Source of the DNA: Zygnema circumcarinatum SAG 698-1b
Taxonomy: Eukaryota; Plantae; Zygnematophyceae
Direction of reading: 5' to 3'
Assembly (NCBI GenBank): GCA_037447605.1
Contig: CM074804.1
Location: 620,001-684,000 of the forward strand
DNA length: 64,000 nucleotides
The notes below the pieces were generated by a model. The model was not told the origin of the DNA. It searched no databases and was given only the letters and a program-made list of their open reading frames with translations. Within the stretch, counting starts at the first letter, position 1. Every line of letters begins with the position of its first letter. Made by a program: the position numbers and the translations under genes. Shown piece by piece: positions 1 to 10,912 of this stretch.

Positions 1-600
1 TGGCAGGACCTTTGCTAAGAATTGGAAGAGAAGGCTTTGCATTCAGAATATAGCTGTATAGTTAGCGTTACCAGTGCTCGATGGAAAATGCAGGAATGTG
101 AGAGCAGTGCGACTCTCTGGTTCAGGTAAGTGTAGAGCCTCCTCCGAGTCGTCTGGAATGGGTACATGGCAGATTATTTTTACTGCTATGCGCAGCTCTG
201 AGGCATAAGCGGAGGAAAGATAAGGCATTAACAATCATGAAGCAGGAACTCAGTCTTTACTTTTGTCTTCGAAGTTAACAACCACTGTGCAAAAAAAGCT
301 CATTTTTAGTTTCGAACAAGTTTCGTGTTTGCCTTCAAACGCGCATGGTGAAGTTTGCAGTGACTGTATAAGCTTGAGAAATTCCTGACATGCAAAAATG
401 GCAGAAAGCTTGCTGATCGCTTTTGAAAAAGAAAGCAAATAACCTTGGCATAATTCGTTTACCTGAGGAAAGGGTGAAATCTTATCCAATGTTTCCTGTC
501 GCTTCATAAGTTGGAAGTGATAGTGATACTGTTGTAAAGGGATGACTCAGTTTTGTCTTTGCTGGAGGAATGTTTCTATCCAAATAATGTTAAAATGCAG

Positions 601-1606
601 GTGCGATTTTCCGCATGCAGGGCATAGTAGTGCCTGGGCGTGGTGATTCAGAAGATCTCTTCCTGGATGATGGCAGTGGACTGATTCAATTTCTTCTGAA
701 TCCGAAGTTCAAACGTCCTGAAACAGGTACTTGCTTCACACCTGCTCATTTTCTGAGACATTTAGGATTTGGGCCTGCAATATGCATAATGAACATGCAT
801 ACAAGTTTGGATGGACAAGCGTGGAAGTTGGTAATCTGCCTTTTGAACATGATTGGTGAAAGGTAGCCTGCATCACTCTCGCATCAGAGTATGTACGTCT
901 AAGCAAATGCATTGCAAGGTAAAAGGAGCTCAAAGGTCTAGGCCATCCAGGAGGTCTCAATTTACACAAATCCTTGACGATTCCGATGGTCTTGCTGTAC
1001 TCGTTGTTCACTAGAGTGCCTTATTGTGACTCCAGCTGCAGTTGTGGTTTCACTGAAGCTTGTGTGTTACTGGTTGACTCAGGAGCATACATACTTGTTA
1101 TGGGCCCTGTTCTTGTCAAGCCTGAGCATCCGCCCGTCATCAGGGTAGGCTTCACATTCGCCACAAGTGAAAACCTGTTCAGATGTCCACTTTGCACTGC
1201 TCTTTATGATGATATATTGTCTCATGGTCTGCTCCTCTGGAAGGCGCAAAACCCATCCAGTGGCCTCACCTAGCCACTTGCCGCTCAAGAAACTTCACTC
1301 TTTTGTTTTTAGGTCTTCTCTGGTGCTTTCCCTAATTTTCAGGTGTCTGTAAATTGGTGATCATGGTAAGGGCTTCACTATTGAATACCAAGATCTGAGT
1401 TCAAGTCGTCTCTTATCGAGCAGGTTAACCGCTTGCAGTCGCTCAATGGCTGCTGACTTTTTGCTTTGACTCTGCATTCTTGTCAGCAGGTCCACAAGCT
1501 AGTTGACTTATCAGCCAGCCCTTCACGCGAGCCTCTGTGGTACTTGGAAGTGCTCGATGCCCATCAACAGTTATATGATTCACAACTTCCACAACCGCTG
1601 CTTTGA
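601..1606 (+). CDS. RMI2: RecQ-mediated genome instability protein 2-like (OB fold), 3' exons; 5' end uncertain
   Basis: Phase-consistent GT-AG exons 601(or 621)-726, 1083-1144, 1490-1606 give QGIVV..LFLDDGSGLIQF..GAYILVMG..VIR|VHKLVDLSASPSREPLWYLEVLDAHQQLY*, matching plant RMI2 motifs (LQGVLV, LDDGTG, GMYVMVVG, VHKMVDLS, WYLEVMDAY). Candidate upstream exons 94-125 and 246-347 are less certain; the start may lie before the window. Confidence 0.85.
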
Positions 1607-1645
1607 CAGCATTGAGGCATCATTTGTTTGTTTTTTGGACTTAAA

Positions 1646-1719
1646 GAAATCACATCTCTCCCTCCCTGCCTCTCTCCATCTAGAGAAATCACATCTCTCC
1701 CTCCCTGCCTCTCTCCATC
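1646..1719. repeat. Short tandem duplication (about 39-bp period) in the RMI2 3' region
   Basis: agaaatcacatctctccctccctgcctctctccatct occurs twice in tandem. Confidence 0.85.
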
Positions 1720-2342
1720 TCTTTCACACATAAATGCGCGCCCACATATTGCTTTTTGCATGACCAGGCTGAGCTTGAAGGCCTGCTTTCTGCCTTGAAT
1801 TCAAGATGGCATTCCTTGGCGATCACTAAACTCTCTCAATCTCTCTCTCGCTATCGCTCTCATGTTTGTTTACATGAATCAGAAACGTTATCCCATACCC
1901 TTGCACGTATCTCAATCGCCCGAAATAGTCATTAGGAATGGAACAAGCCAGCAGGACTTCACACCCACAAACTGCAAAAACGACTTTATGCGATAGAGCT
2001 GAAAGCTCTTTAAGTCGAAAAAAGAAAAACAACTTTTTCAAGTTGAACAAGAGCGATAGTTATCGATGTCGAGTTTCCTCGACACTCGAAGCTCCTGGAA
2101 TGTGTTCCATATTTCCGTTTAACAGCTATCTGTTGTACGGTCGTTCCGTGAAACTAAATTTGATCGCTAACTGCCGATCTATGCCAGCGATTCGCCAACC
2201 CTAAAATGCTGCTCGTCTCCTTCCCGCAGCGATTCCCTCTGCTTCTGTGAGGGGCCGTGTGGCGCCCTCAGGAGTTTCCCCCCAGGAAGTGAGCTTGGCG
2301 AGAGAGAAGCGGTGGGCCGGGAAGGGGACGCGCTTCTCCGGC

Positions 2343-3335
2343 ATGGCCTTCATTTTGGAGTGGACGGAGCACTTCATTCGGCAGCACATGGAGGATCCGC
2401 GGGAGAGATACGACAAATGGGTGGAGCATGTGCGAGTACGTTTCTGCTCCCATTCTTTAGGGCAAGGAAGCATTTGTAGATAAAGGTAATAAATTTCATT
2501 AGCGATGGAGTGCAGTCAGGGGAAGTTCTGTATGCTCAAGTAGGAGAATGTCACCGTGATGTGCACGGGAATGTCATGGCGTGGACTACCTAGCATGTTA
2601 TCAGTACCGTACCTTGAAGCCTACTGTGAGGTAAATGCTCGAGTGTAATGATAGCGATAGCCTTGCTGGTGTTAGGGCTGGCTTCCATCCCTCAGTTCTG
2701 TTCTGTTGAATGACGCAATGCAGAAGTAAATGCAGGAAAACCGCATAGTTATTTATTTTCGAAAGGATTGTTTATCGATGTAGTGTAGATGGAAACTCGG
2801 ATCAGGACGAAAGCCAGCCCTAATTCAGCATTTTCCTTAAGTCTGTGTATATCTACGGTTTTCAAATTGTCGTGGAACCAGTTATAAGATTACTCTCGTT
2901 AGGTAACGTAAAAAAGCAAGCACGTCATTTTATTCCCATGCGCCCTCGGTTATCAAAGCTAAAGCCCTCCGCCTTTGATTGGTATGTATACCGCGAGACA
3001 GCAGTTGAAGAAGGCTCATGGATAACTCGTTAAGATTATGAAGCAAGAACTGATGTTTACAGTTGACCCTCAGGTGCCTGATACCAGTGTGTTGAGACTC
3101 TTAGAATGAGACGATGAGAATGAGAATGAGGCAGAGTTGTTTCTCTCACATCTTGCAGACCACAGGAGAGAAGGCGACGAAGCTGAAGGAGACGTGGGCG
3201 CAGCCTACCAAGGCCTACGGATATTGGAACTCAGATAAGAATAATGCCAAGTACCTTCTCGACCTTCGCTTCAGTAGCATGCTTGGTCGGCAGAATCCTT
3301 GGGACACTGCGGAACGCAGCCAAAGAAAGGAATGA
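2343..3335 (+). CDS. Plant-specific mitochondrial complex I subunit P1-like (11-kDa subunit), 89 aa
   Basis: join(2343..2435,3159..3335): MAFILEWTEHFIRQHMEDPRERYDKWVEHVR|TTGEKATKLKETWAQPTKAYGYWNSDKNNAKY..GRQNPWD. Aligns without gaps to the remembered plant motif MEDPRERD..FREH...K..K.KEMW..P.RPYGFW..GRRDPYD. Confidence 0.8.
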
Positions 3336-4735
3336 TTCGAACTTTTCACTTGGCTATTCGGTTCAAAGCCCCTTCACGCAGCCACAGAAGTAACTACCAC
3401 AATTAGGAAACTGTACTATCCAACCAATGAAAGACTGTATTTCTTTAGGTACACGAAACGTGATCAGAATTGAAAATTAGTCTGAAATGATTGACAAGCA
3501 ATGCTATGTCGATGCTGGTGTAATCCGTCTCCTCTCCTATATTGCCAGCTTGCATCAGATTTGGATGCCTATCTGCTTGAGGTTGGATGACGCCTTTCGT
3601 GGATGAAGAGAAAGGCGTTGGAGTTGGAGGCTCTGATCCAAATTTGAATCCGCTTAAACTAAGGGATGACTGCCCATCATGTTTGACTTGTGTGAGGAAA
3701 AGGTTACTGTTTTACAGAGGTTAAGGGGTAGATGATCAAATGCTGTTCCGCGCATCAGGGAGCACTTCAGGCCAAGTACGGCCTTGTACAAAAATGCTTG
3801 TGGGGGTGACGGAACAAGCGGAATAAGTACTTACCATCTGTGCTAAGCAAATTTATACAAATCTGCAGGGTATTCCTGTCTTTCACGACACATACACGTC
3901 TAGAACCTGTACATGAACAAACACCAATGGAAACCAGCCGGTCACACACCTGAGCTATAAAAGCGAAGGAAGGGTTATGAGCGAAACTCTGTTTCTAATG
4001 CAAACTTCTTCCGTGAAGTCTGCCTCGAGCCCTCTACTAACAACACGCCTCTAAATGCAGCCTCAAGAAGGTCGCCAATGTGGGCCACATCTCCCTGAGG
4101 GAGTGACGGCTTGCCATGGCCATGGCCCATCATTGCCCATGAAGGGTGGAAGCGAGGCAAGGAGGCAAACGTAAACGTTTGCATTGTAAGGACGGAGCAG
4201 CAACATTGTACCTTCCATACATACCTTGGGGGGCCTTTGGGCCCTCCCTAGGGCCCTCGCATGTGTGAACAAGCCCTTGCCCCCCTAGCGAGCGGCACAC
4301 GTGTGAACGCGGAGCCGCTGCATCCGACGTGCTCATGCGACAGCCATATCACTCTCCGCCAATCAGCGTCCCTCGCCCTACGTGTAAAGTGCCAGCGTGG
4401 CAGCACCGTCGCCATCGTATGGCTGCCACGTGGCCGCCCCAAGCCTTTGCGGATAGCTGCCTCATTCCCTTTCTTCGGTCCTTTTTCTCGCTCGCCTCTC
4501 TCGCACCCCTCTATCGGACCTGTCTGTCTGCTCTCTCTCTCTCTCTGTCTCTTTCTCTTTCTCTGTCGCAGTCTCTATGTATATGCATTTTCCAGTCCCG
4601 CAATGTTGTGAGGCAGCACTTTACTGATGTGGTAGCCCCCTGGAGAGGTGCGGGGGCAGGTTCGGCAATTGAGTGCACTCAGCCTGACGGCGGTTTGCCC
4701 TAACCTCGCAATTTTTGACAAAATTCTTGTCTTGG

Positions 4736-7700
4736 ATGTCCATGAGCATGCCAGCTATCGGCAGCGCCAGTGCTCCCTACTTTCTTGCAACTGCACCCGA
4801 CAATCCGTTGCAGAAAAGCACTTCAGGAAATATTAAGTGGTCAGGGAGAAGCAGATTGACTGCTCCGAACCCTAGCACTGAGCAAATGACTTGCCTACAA
4901 TTTAAATATCGCTGCTTATTGTCAATTTCCCCTGTGAATGCACCGGCACAGCCAACGGCAGCAGCTGTTGGATTTAATTTGGAAACAGTGGAATTGACTG
5001 TAGTGCCACATTCAGGCAGAAAAGGCAGAGGATTTGGACAAATTCACCCAGACCGGGTTTCTCGTCAAGTTTGTACTGCAGCAGGGGCAGGTCGAAGGAG
5101 GCTCAGCAGAAGCACGTGTGAATTGCTTTGGGGAAACTTTACTGGAGGCTCTTCAAGTGAATTCGAAAGTCGCAAGAGTTCCAGCACCCGGCCTGTTCTA
5201 TTGACAGAGGGGAAAGGGGATGGGCTGCTCTGGGCTTCGAAATGCAGCAACAGCTCTGCCCACGATTGCGAAAGTAGAGACCAGATGGAAGGAAACATTC
5301 CCAGAATTGGTTTGCAGCAAATTTTCGGGCAACTGCAGGACGGTTGCTGCTCACCAGCAGGCCGGGTAGCAATGAATTCACTCTCAGCCAATGGGGTCAC
5401 CGGAACGCCTAGAATTTGCTCCGTTCCTGCAGAAGTGGCAGCAGCAGAGGGCCTCCGAGGACATCAAGAATTCACCAGCCGAGTGCCGCCAAGTGAAGCA
5501 GCTCAGTCTTCTGCAGCTGCAATTGGAGATGCTGACGGTATTTCAGGAGAAGGTGTTTGCTTAGATGCGGAGGATAGGCTAGCGCAACCAGGCACTTCCC
5601 TTGAGGAGGAGTCTGGCCAGAGAAGTTTAGGTCAGCTGCGAAATCGGATAGTGTTTGGGACACTTATTGGGTTAGGAGCAGGGTGGGCTATTGTGGCGGG
5701 TGGCTGGTGGTTCACATCCATGATGGCGTTGATCACATTACTCGGAACTTGGGAGTATTTCGGCTTGGTAGAGGGCAAGGCTGTCCTTGCCAATGAAGCT
5801 CCTCCGCCGTTATTGGCCGTGCAGGCCTGCTGTGCGATGTCCTGCGGAATGCCTCTAATGACAATGTAAGGTTTGCTCAATCACGACTTCATTTTTTGTG
5901 TATAGATGGTTACGGGCGGTCCAAGTGGAGGACAATATGTTCAATTAGTGAGGAATGCGGCAGGAGAGTGTAGGGAGGAAGGTTCCCTGGTCAATTGTCA
6001 ATTTAAATGTGAGTTTTGGTCATGTCAATTTATGGGAGAAGGCAGCTTTTCGGAAGGAGTTGTCCTTTCACAATTCAGTGGGGAGGTTTTGAGAAGGTCA
6101 TGCGCTGCAATCGTGAATTGGTATGAATATTGAATACAGCGATGATAGAGTTGGTCTCTTGTCAAATGTGAGTCTGGTCATAGCCAAATTGAGAGAAGTT
6201 AAACGTAAGGAGTTTCTCTCAATTATCCAAAGTCAGGCAGGCGCAATGCCGGGCAGTAAAGGCTCTTCACTTCAACCTCAGGAGGAGGTCAAGCTTGTCA
6301 ATTACAGCAAAGGAGTCGTAGTGACTGCCGCTGAAAGAAATGGCAATTGCCAGGAAATGACGGAGTGTCAACAAGGGGGCCGGGGGCGGGACCAAAGGCT
6401 GGGAGATATACCATTGCTAGCAACATCAGAAGCGGGTTTTCTTGCTAGAAGTGAAAGATTTCAATTGTAAAAATCTTTATAATGGACATTCTTTATGTCT
6501 TTCCTAAGCTCTGCTCGATGTGATGTACAATTCAGGTACTTTGGAGGGAGGATAGGATGGGCAGTTGCTTCTGCTTTAGTTCTGCTAGTGGCTGTCGTGC
6601 TGCTACAGCCCACCAGATTGCGAAGAAGTCAAGGCACCAGCCTCCTATTTGGCCTTTTTTACTGCGGCTACCTTCCTGCATTCTGGATTAAGGTAAGCCC
6701 TCGAAATTCCTTTGGACAAAATTCTTCACTGTGACTTTGTTGTATCGTTTCCTGCGTAGGAATGCACATCTCTTTTCCTATGGGCAGGGTATAAAAATCG
6801 TAGAGGTTATACGCATTTGACAATACGAGATGCTCTCAGTCTCTAAAAGCTGACGAGATAGAGCAACAGACAAGGTGCATCCTAGTCTCATTATCGATCG
6901 TACACAGTGATTTTCTTCTTTTCACTGTTCCTATCGGGTCGATCTCTCAGTCTTTTCAAACCTTCTGGTCGTTGGGAGGGGTCCGCAGTTAAGGTGCGGC
7001 TTGCCAGCCTCTTTCCCATCTCCAACTGTTGCAACTTCTTTTGCTCAAGCGTGGCCAGCCTTTCTTGGAGGGCCTTCGTGCTGGAGTGTGGGAATGGTGG
7101 CAACCTTTTTAGCATTCTCCACCATAATAGCAGCCGATACTGGAGCATACCTTGGTGGAAAAACGTTCGGTCGCACAAAGCTGATTGGTAGGCTGACGCC
7201 TTTGCAAACCCTAAAGTCAAGAAACGTCAATACTTTCAAGAAACTGATGCTAGTTGGGCTCCTAGTGGTCTTCAGGGGCACACTCAAATTCTCCTTTAGC
7301 TGAACAGGAGTGTTCCATGTCTTCAGTCTTCGTTTTGCAATGCCTTTGTAAACAAAAGCTGGGAGTTTTAATGTGTGAGGGAGAGCTCGAGCAAAGACGC
7401 TACTTATTGTGGTTGTAATAATATGTCAGTAAAGTGACAGTTCTACGTCAATCAAAAACCCTCACAGAGCTATCCTATTTTGTGCACACTGTTCCTTCAG
7501 ATATAAGTCCCAAGAAAACGCGAGAAGGGGCAGCAGCAGGCTTGGCCTCAGCTGTGCTTGTTGCTGTCGTTCTCTCGAGGGCCTTCCGCTTCCCATCCTC
7601 CATCTTCAGGTCTGCATACATTTACACACAATTCAACCTCAATGGCAAGCGTTCTGATGAATGCTTTTCCTTGATTTTTGGTTAAAAGTTTCTTACTGCT

Positions 7701-8134
7701 GTTTCTTCCTTTCTTTGTTTCTTATTGCTGTGTTTATAAGCACTGCAACTGTACGGAACTGATGCTTGACCATGTAGGTGCTCCGAGTTGCTTGGAGAGC
7801 TTTGTGATGTTGACTTTTGACAGCTTGTGAAAGGCTGCAAACGAGAATGAACCCTTGCATGCTTGCAAGTCGGTGAAACCCTAAACATACTAAACATACC
7901 CTCTGAATGCTTGAACTGGATGGCAGTGCTGCGACCATGGCGGTGCTCATCTTCATGGCTTCTTTGTTTGGTGATTTATCGGAATCTATGATGAAGAGAG
8001 ACGCTGGAGTGAAGGACTCCGGCAGGTTGATTCCAGGACATGGTGGAATATTGGATAGAGTAGACAGCTATATCTTTACCGGAGCCCTTGTTTATTCGTT
8101 TCTCAAGATAGGCTTACCCCTTTTTGGATTTTAG
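4736..8134 (+). CDS. CDS4: Phosphatidate cytidylyltransferase (CDP-DAG synthase), plastid CDS4/5 type, about 600 aa
   Basis: join(4736..5865,6536..6692,6989..7187,7501..7609,7927..8134) is in frame. Contains QLRNRIVFG, IIAADTGAYLGGKTFGRTKL.DISPKKTREG and GDLSESMMKRDAGVKDSGRLIPGHGGILDRVDSY (CTP_transf_1 signature). The ATG choice is uncertain. Confidence 0.93.
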
Positions 8135-8195
8135 GTTTAAAATTTCCAAAGTTTAGCTATTGTGCTTTGCTGTTCCGCGCTTGGCAAAGGACCGA

Positions 8196-9121
8196 AGAAG
8201 AAGGAGAACGGGAAAAGCATGTGCTGTGAAGGGCCGTCACCTTATCTGTTGAAGGCTTTAAGTGACTCAACAATGAAAGTCTGCTTTCTCTATTCCGCTG
8301 ACTAATGACTACAACGGTGTGTATGCAATTTCAAGTTTTTGTTGGCTTCCAGCAAAACGAGGCAATGTGAAACCAGTCTTGCAGTAGCTGGACATGGACA
8401 AACCCCGCTTGGGAAACCACGAGATGTGCCACTTTCAAAGACGAGCCTTCCATCGACAGGAACACAAAACAGACGTGGCGTGACATCACTGGCCGTGTAG
8501 TACACGTGACATGCCGGCATTGGCCGTGATGTACACGTGGCATGTCGTCATTGGAGGGTGCTTGACAAGTAGTTCGCAGTCCAAGCGCGTCCCCTTGAAA
8601 GGATGTGTTTTTGTCAGCAAAAACACTTTTGTCACCACGTGGCGAGTCCGTACAGGACCCACAGCCACGTGGCGTTTTTTGGAAGGGAGCGGCCCCTGTT
8701 CGGCGTCGCCTGGCTCTGCAAACGCTTGGGCGCGCGAAAAAATTGAACCCGCCCCGAGCGCGCTCGTTTCCGCGCCAAAAGGATATATTTGCCCTGCAAG
8801 GCGCTGCTGCTGCTGTTGCTGCTGCTGCGAGGGAAGCGGGCGAGGGCGAGGGCGAGGGAGGCTGTCTCAAAGCCTGCAAGCACCGAAGGCGCAGAGCAGG
8901 AATTATTTTTATCTATTCGTAAACTTCTTTTGAAGAGCTCCAGAAAGACGTCGCCATGTATGCTCGTTCCCTCGCTTGAGCTTCCAGATTTTTTTTCTTT
9001 CTGCCGCTGGTTTGAAATCTCTGTTGAGGATTCCCTCATTTGCAGAAGGTGAAAAAACTTGCTGATTTCCCTTTCTCTCGCGTTTTTGTTTGCAGGTCTC
9101 AAGCAGTAGTAAGTGCCTCCC
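8196..9121 (+). repeat. Copy 1 of the triplicated DMC1 upstream unit (promoter, exon 1, intron 1, start of exon 2)
   Basis: Colinear and highly similar to about 13163-14121; homology ends at ...gtagtaagt(g/t)cctccc (9121 vs 14121). Confidence 0.95.
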
Positions 9122-9543
9122 AAATAGATCTGGATAAGGCACAGAAGGAGAACCAGGAATTAAAGACCAAGCTCTCGGAGATGGAGAGAGCGAAGGAGAG
9201 TGAAAAGGAGGCACTAGCAAGTCAGGAAACCAGAACTCTTGAAGGCAGGATCAGCAAGTTGGAAGGACTTTGGAGGAACGAGACTGCGCTGAAACAGAAC
9301 GCGGAGGAAATGCTGAAAGAGCGGGAACTGGAGTCGCGACGGATCCAAGAGAGTCTTCAAAAAGAGGTGGAGAGGGAAAAAAAAACATCAACGGAATTGG
9401 TCCGTTATCTTGAGATAATCTTGGCAAGAGATATCGAGCAAACCGTGCGGAATGCCTGTTTGGAAAGGAAGCTGGAAGCGCAGACTGGGGAAATGCGTCT
9501 CTTGGAAGAGCGACTTCGAACCATAAACGACAGACTGGCATGA
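8956..9543 (+). CDS. Chimeric coiled-coil protein (149 aa) starting with the DMC1 N-terminus MSQAVVSAS
   Basis: join(8956..8957,9096..9543): AT|gtatgc...ttgcag|G TCT CAA GCA GTA.. then an open, E/K/L/R-rich ORF (DLDKAQKENQELKTKLSEMERAKESEKE...LLEERLRTINDRLA*). Expression is not demonstrated. Confidence 0.6.
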
Positions 9544-10252
9544 GGAGGTTGGTTCAACAAGTGGTGAAAGCCAAGGAATCGTGCAAAGTTATGGAGGCCG
9601 AGTCTCTCGTCTTCTTTGTCTGAGAATTTAACTCTCATAGGAGTGCCGTCCAACCCCCTTATAGCTGTCTAGGGATCCCGTGTTCGGTTTGGTCCAGGAA
9701 CTGAATTCGTGGAATCATTACAGAAATCGTTGTTTTTGTTCATCTTTGTTCGTTTCTGCGGTCGACGTGAAATCCTGAGTGATGTTTCCGATTTTAAGGT
9801 TTTTAGCTGCTCGTCACCGTTTCAATCTGTCGCACTTGTATTGTTTTCTTATTTGGCGGTGCAGGTGAAACGAACAAAGGACGAGACGCGTGTACAAGAA
9901 AACCCAAACCTTTGGTGTTCTTGGAATGCACAAGCTAAGGCGTTAAGTGAAGATACTCAGCAACTGGACGACAATGCATTTCTGTAGTATAGTATAACGA
10001 GAAGAGGGAGGAAGGGAGAGGAAGTGGGAGTGTAGCACATGCTGCAGGGAACGTAGCAAATTGTACCATGAGGGTTTTGGTCACAGGTCATCATTTCTTG
10101 TAAAAAGTAAGTGAGTCTCGGCAGTGCAAATTCACAATCTTTGTTTCTTTGGGCAGCAAAGACCCTTATCAGATTCTTCATAGTGCGTGTACATTGGTCA
10201 ATTTTTGGAAAGTGTTGTTCTGGATCATCTCTCTGCCTCTTTCTGCCTCTCT

Positions 10253-10608
10253 CTGACTGCTGACAGGTCTTAACAACTTGGATAAGTTTGAAGAAGGAGA
10301 ACAGAAAAAGCATGTGCTGTGAAGGGCCCTCACCTTATCTGTTTAAGGCTTAAAGTGACTCAACAATGACAGTCTGCATTCTCTATTCTGCTGACGAATG
10401 ACTACAACGGTATGAAATTTCAGGTTTTTGTTGGCTTCTAGCAAAACCAGGCAATGTAAAACCAGTCTTGCAGTAGATAAACATGGACAGGCCCAGCCTG
10501 GAAAACCACTAAGAGCCGCTATCACATACGAGCCCTCCGACAGGAACACAAAACACACGTGGCGTGACGTCATTGATCGCGCTGTACATGTGGCATGACG
10601 TAATTGGC
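10253..10608 (+). repeat. Copy 2 of the DMC1 upstream unit (distal promoter only)
   Basis: ctga..gctgacaggtct.aacaacttggataa.tttgaaga..catgtgctgtgaagggcc...aaacacacgtggcgtga matches about 13129-13520 and, from the gaagaaggagaac block onward, about 8196-8552. Confidence 0.92.
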
Positions 10609-10615
10609 CATCATC

Positions 10616-10850
10616 AGGGGCATGGATGGCCGTCCGATGCGAGAAGGGAAACCGTACGATTGCCGCTGGATTCGAGGGCTGCCACCCGCGACCGTCAGAT
10701 GCGGGCCCTTCCAGTTTACCGTATACGGGACAGCACGCGAGGCAATTTTACGATATACCGCCAAAGAGTCGACGAGAAACCAACCGCAGGTCGAACCATT
10801 CATTGGATCAGCAGGCACATTCAACCAATGGTTGGTTCAACCTCAATGCA
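10616..10850 (+). mobile_element. Dispersed non-coding repeat family A, partial copy (probable non-autonomous TE fragment)
   Basis: Similar to the reverse complement of 43870-44106 and to 57116-57255 (shared gaccgtcagatgcgg.cc.ttccagtttaccgta, gagaaaccaaccgc.ggtc.aaccattcattggatc.gcaggcacattcaaccaatg). No terminal hallmarks identified. Confidence 0.7.
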
Positions 10851-10912
10851 GATTCGGAAACCACGAAGACCCGCCTGCCCGGCCCCGGGCCCAAAGGGCC
10901 CCTCCCTCCCTC

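Noticed and set aside
3350-3385. tRNA gene (GGTTCAAA motif)
   Set aside because: No cloverleaf, A-box or T-stem pairing.
9957-10313. 118-aa minus-strand ORF with a Cys cluster as a real gene
   Set aside because: No recognisable domain or splice support, and it overlaps the edge of a duplicated promoter unit.
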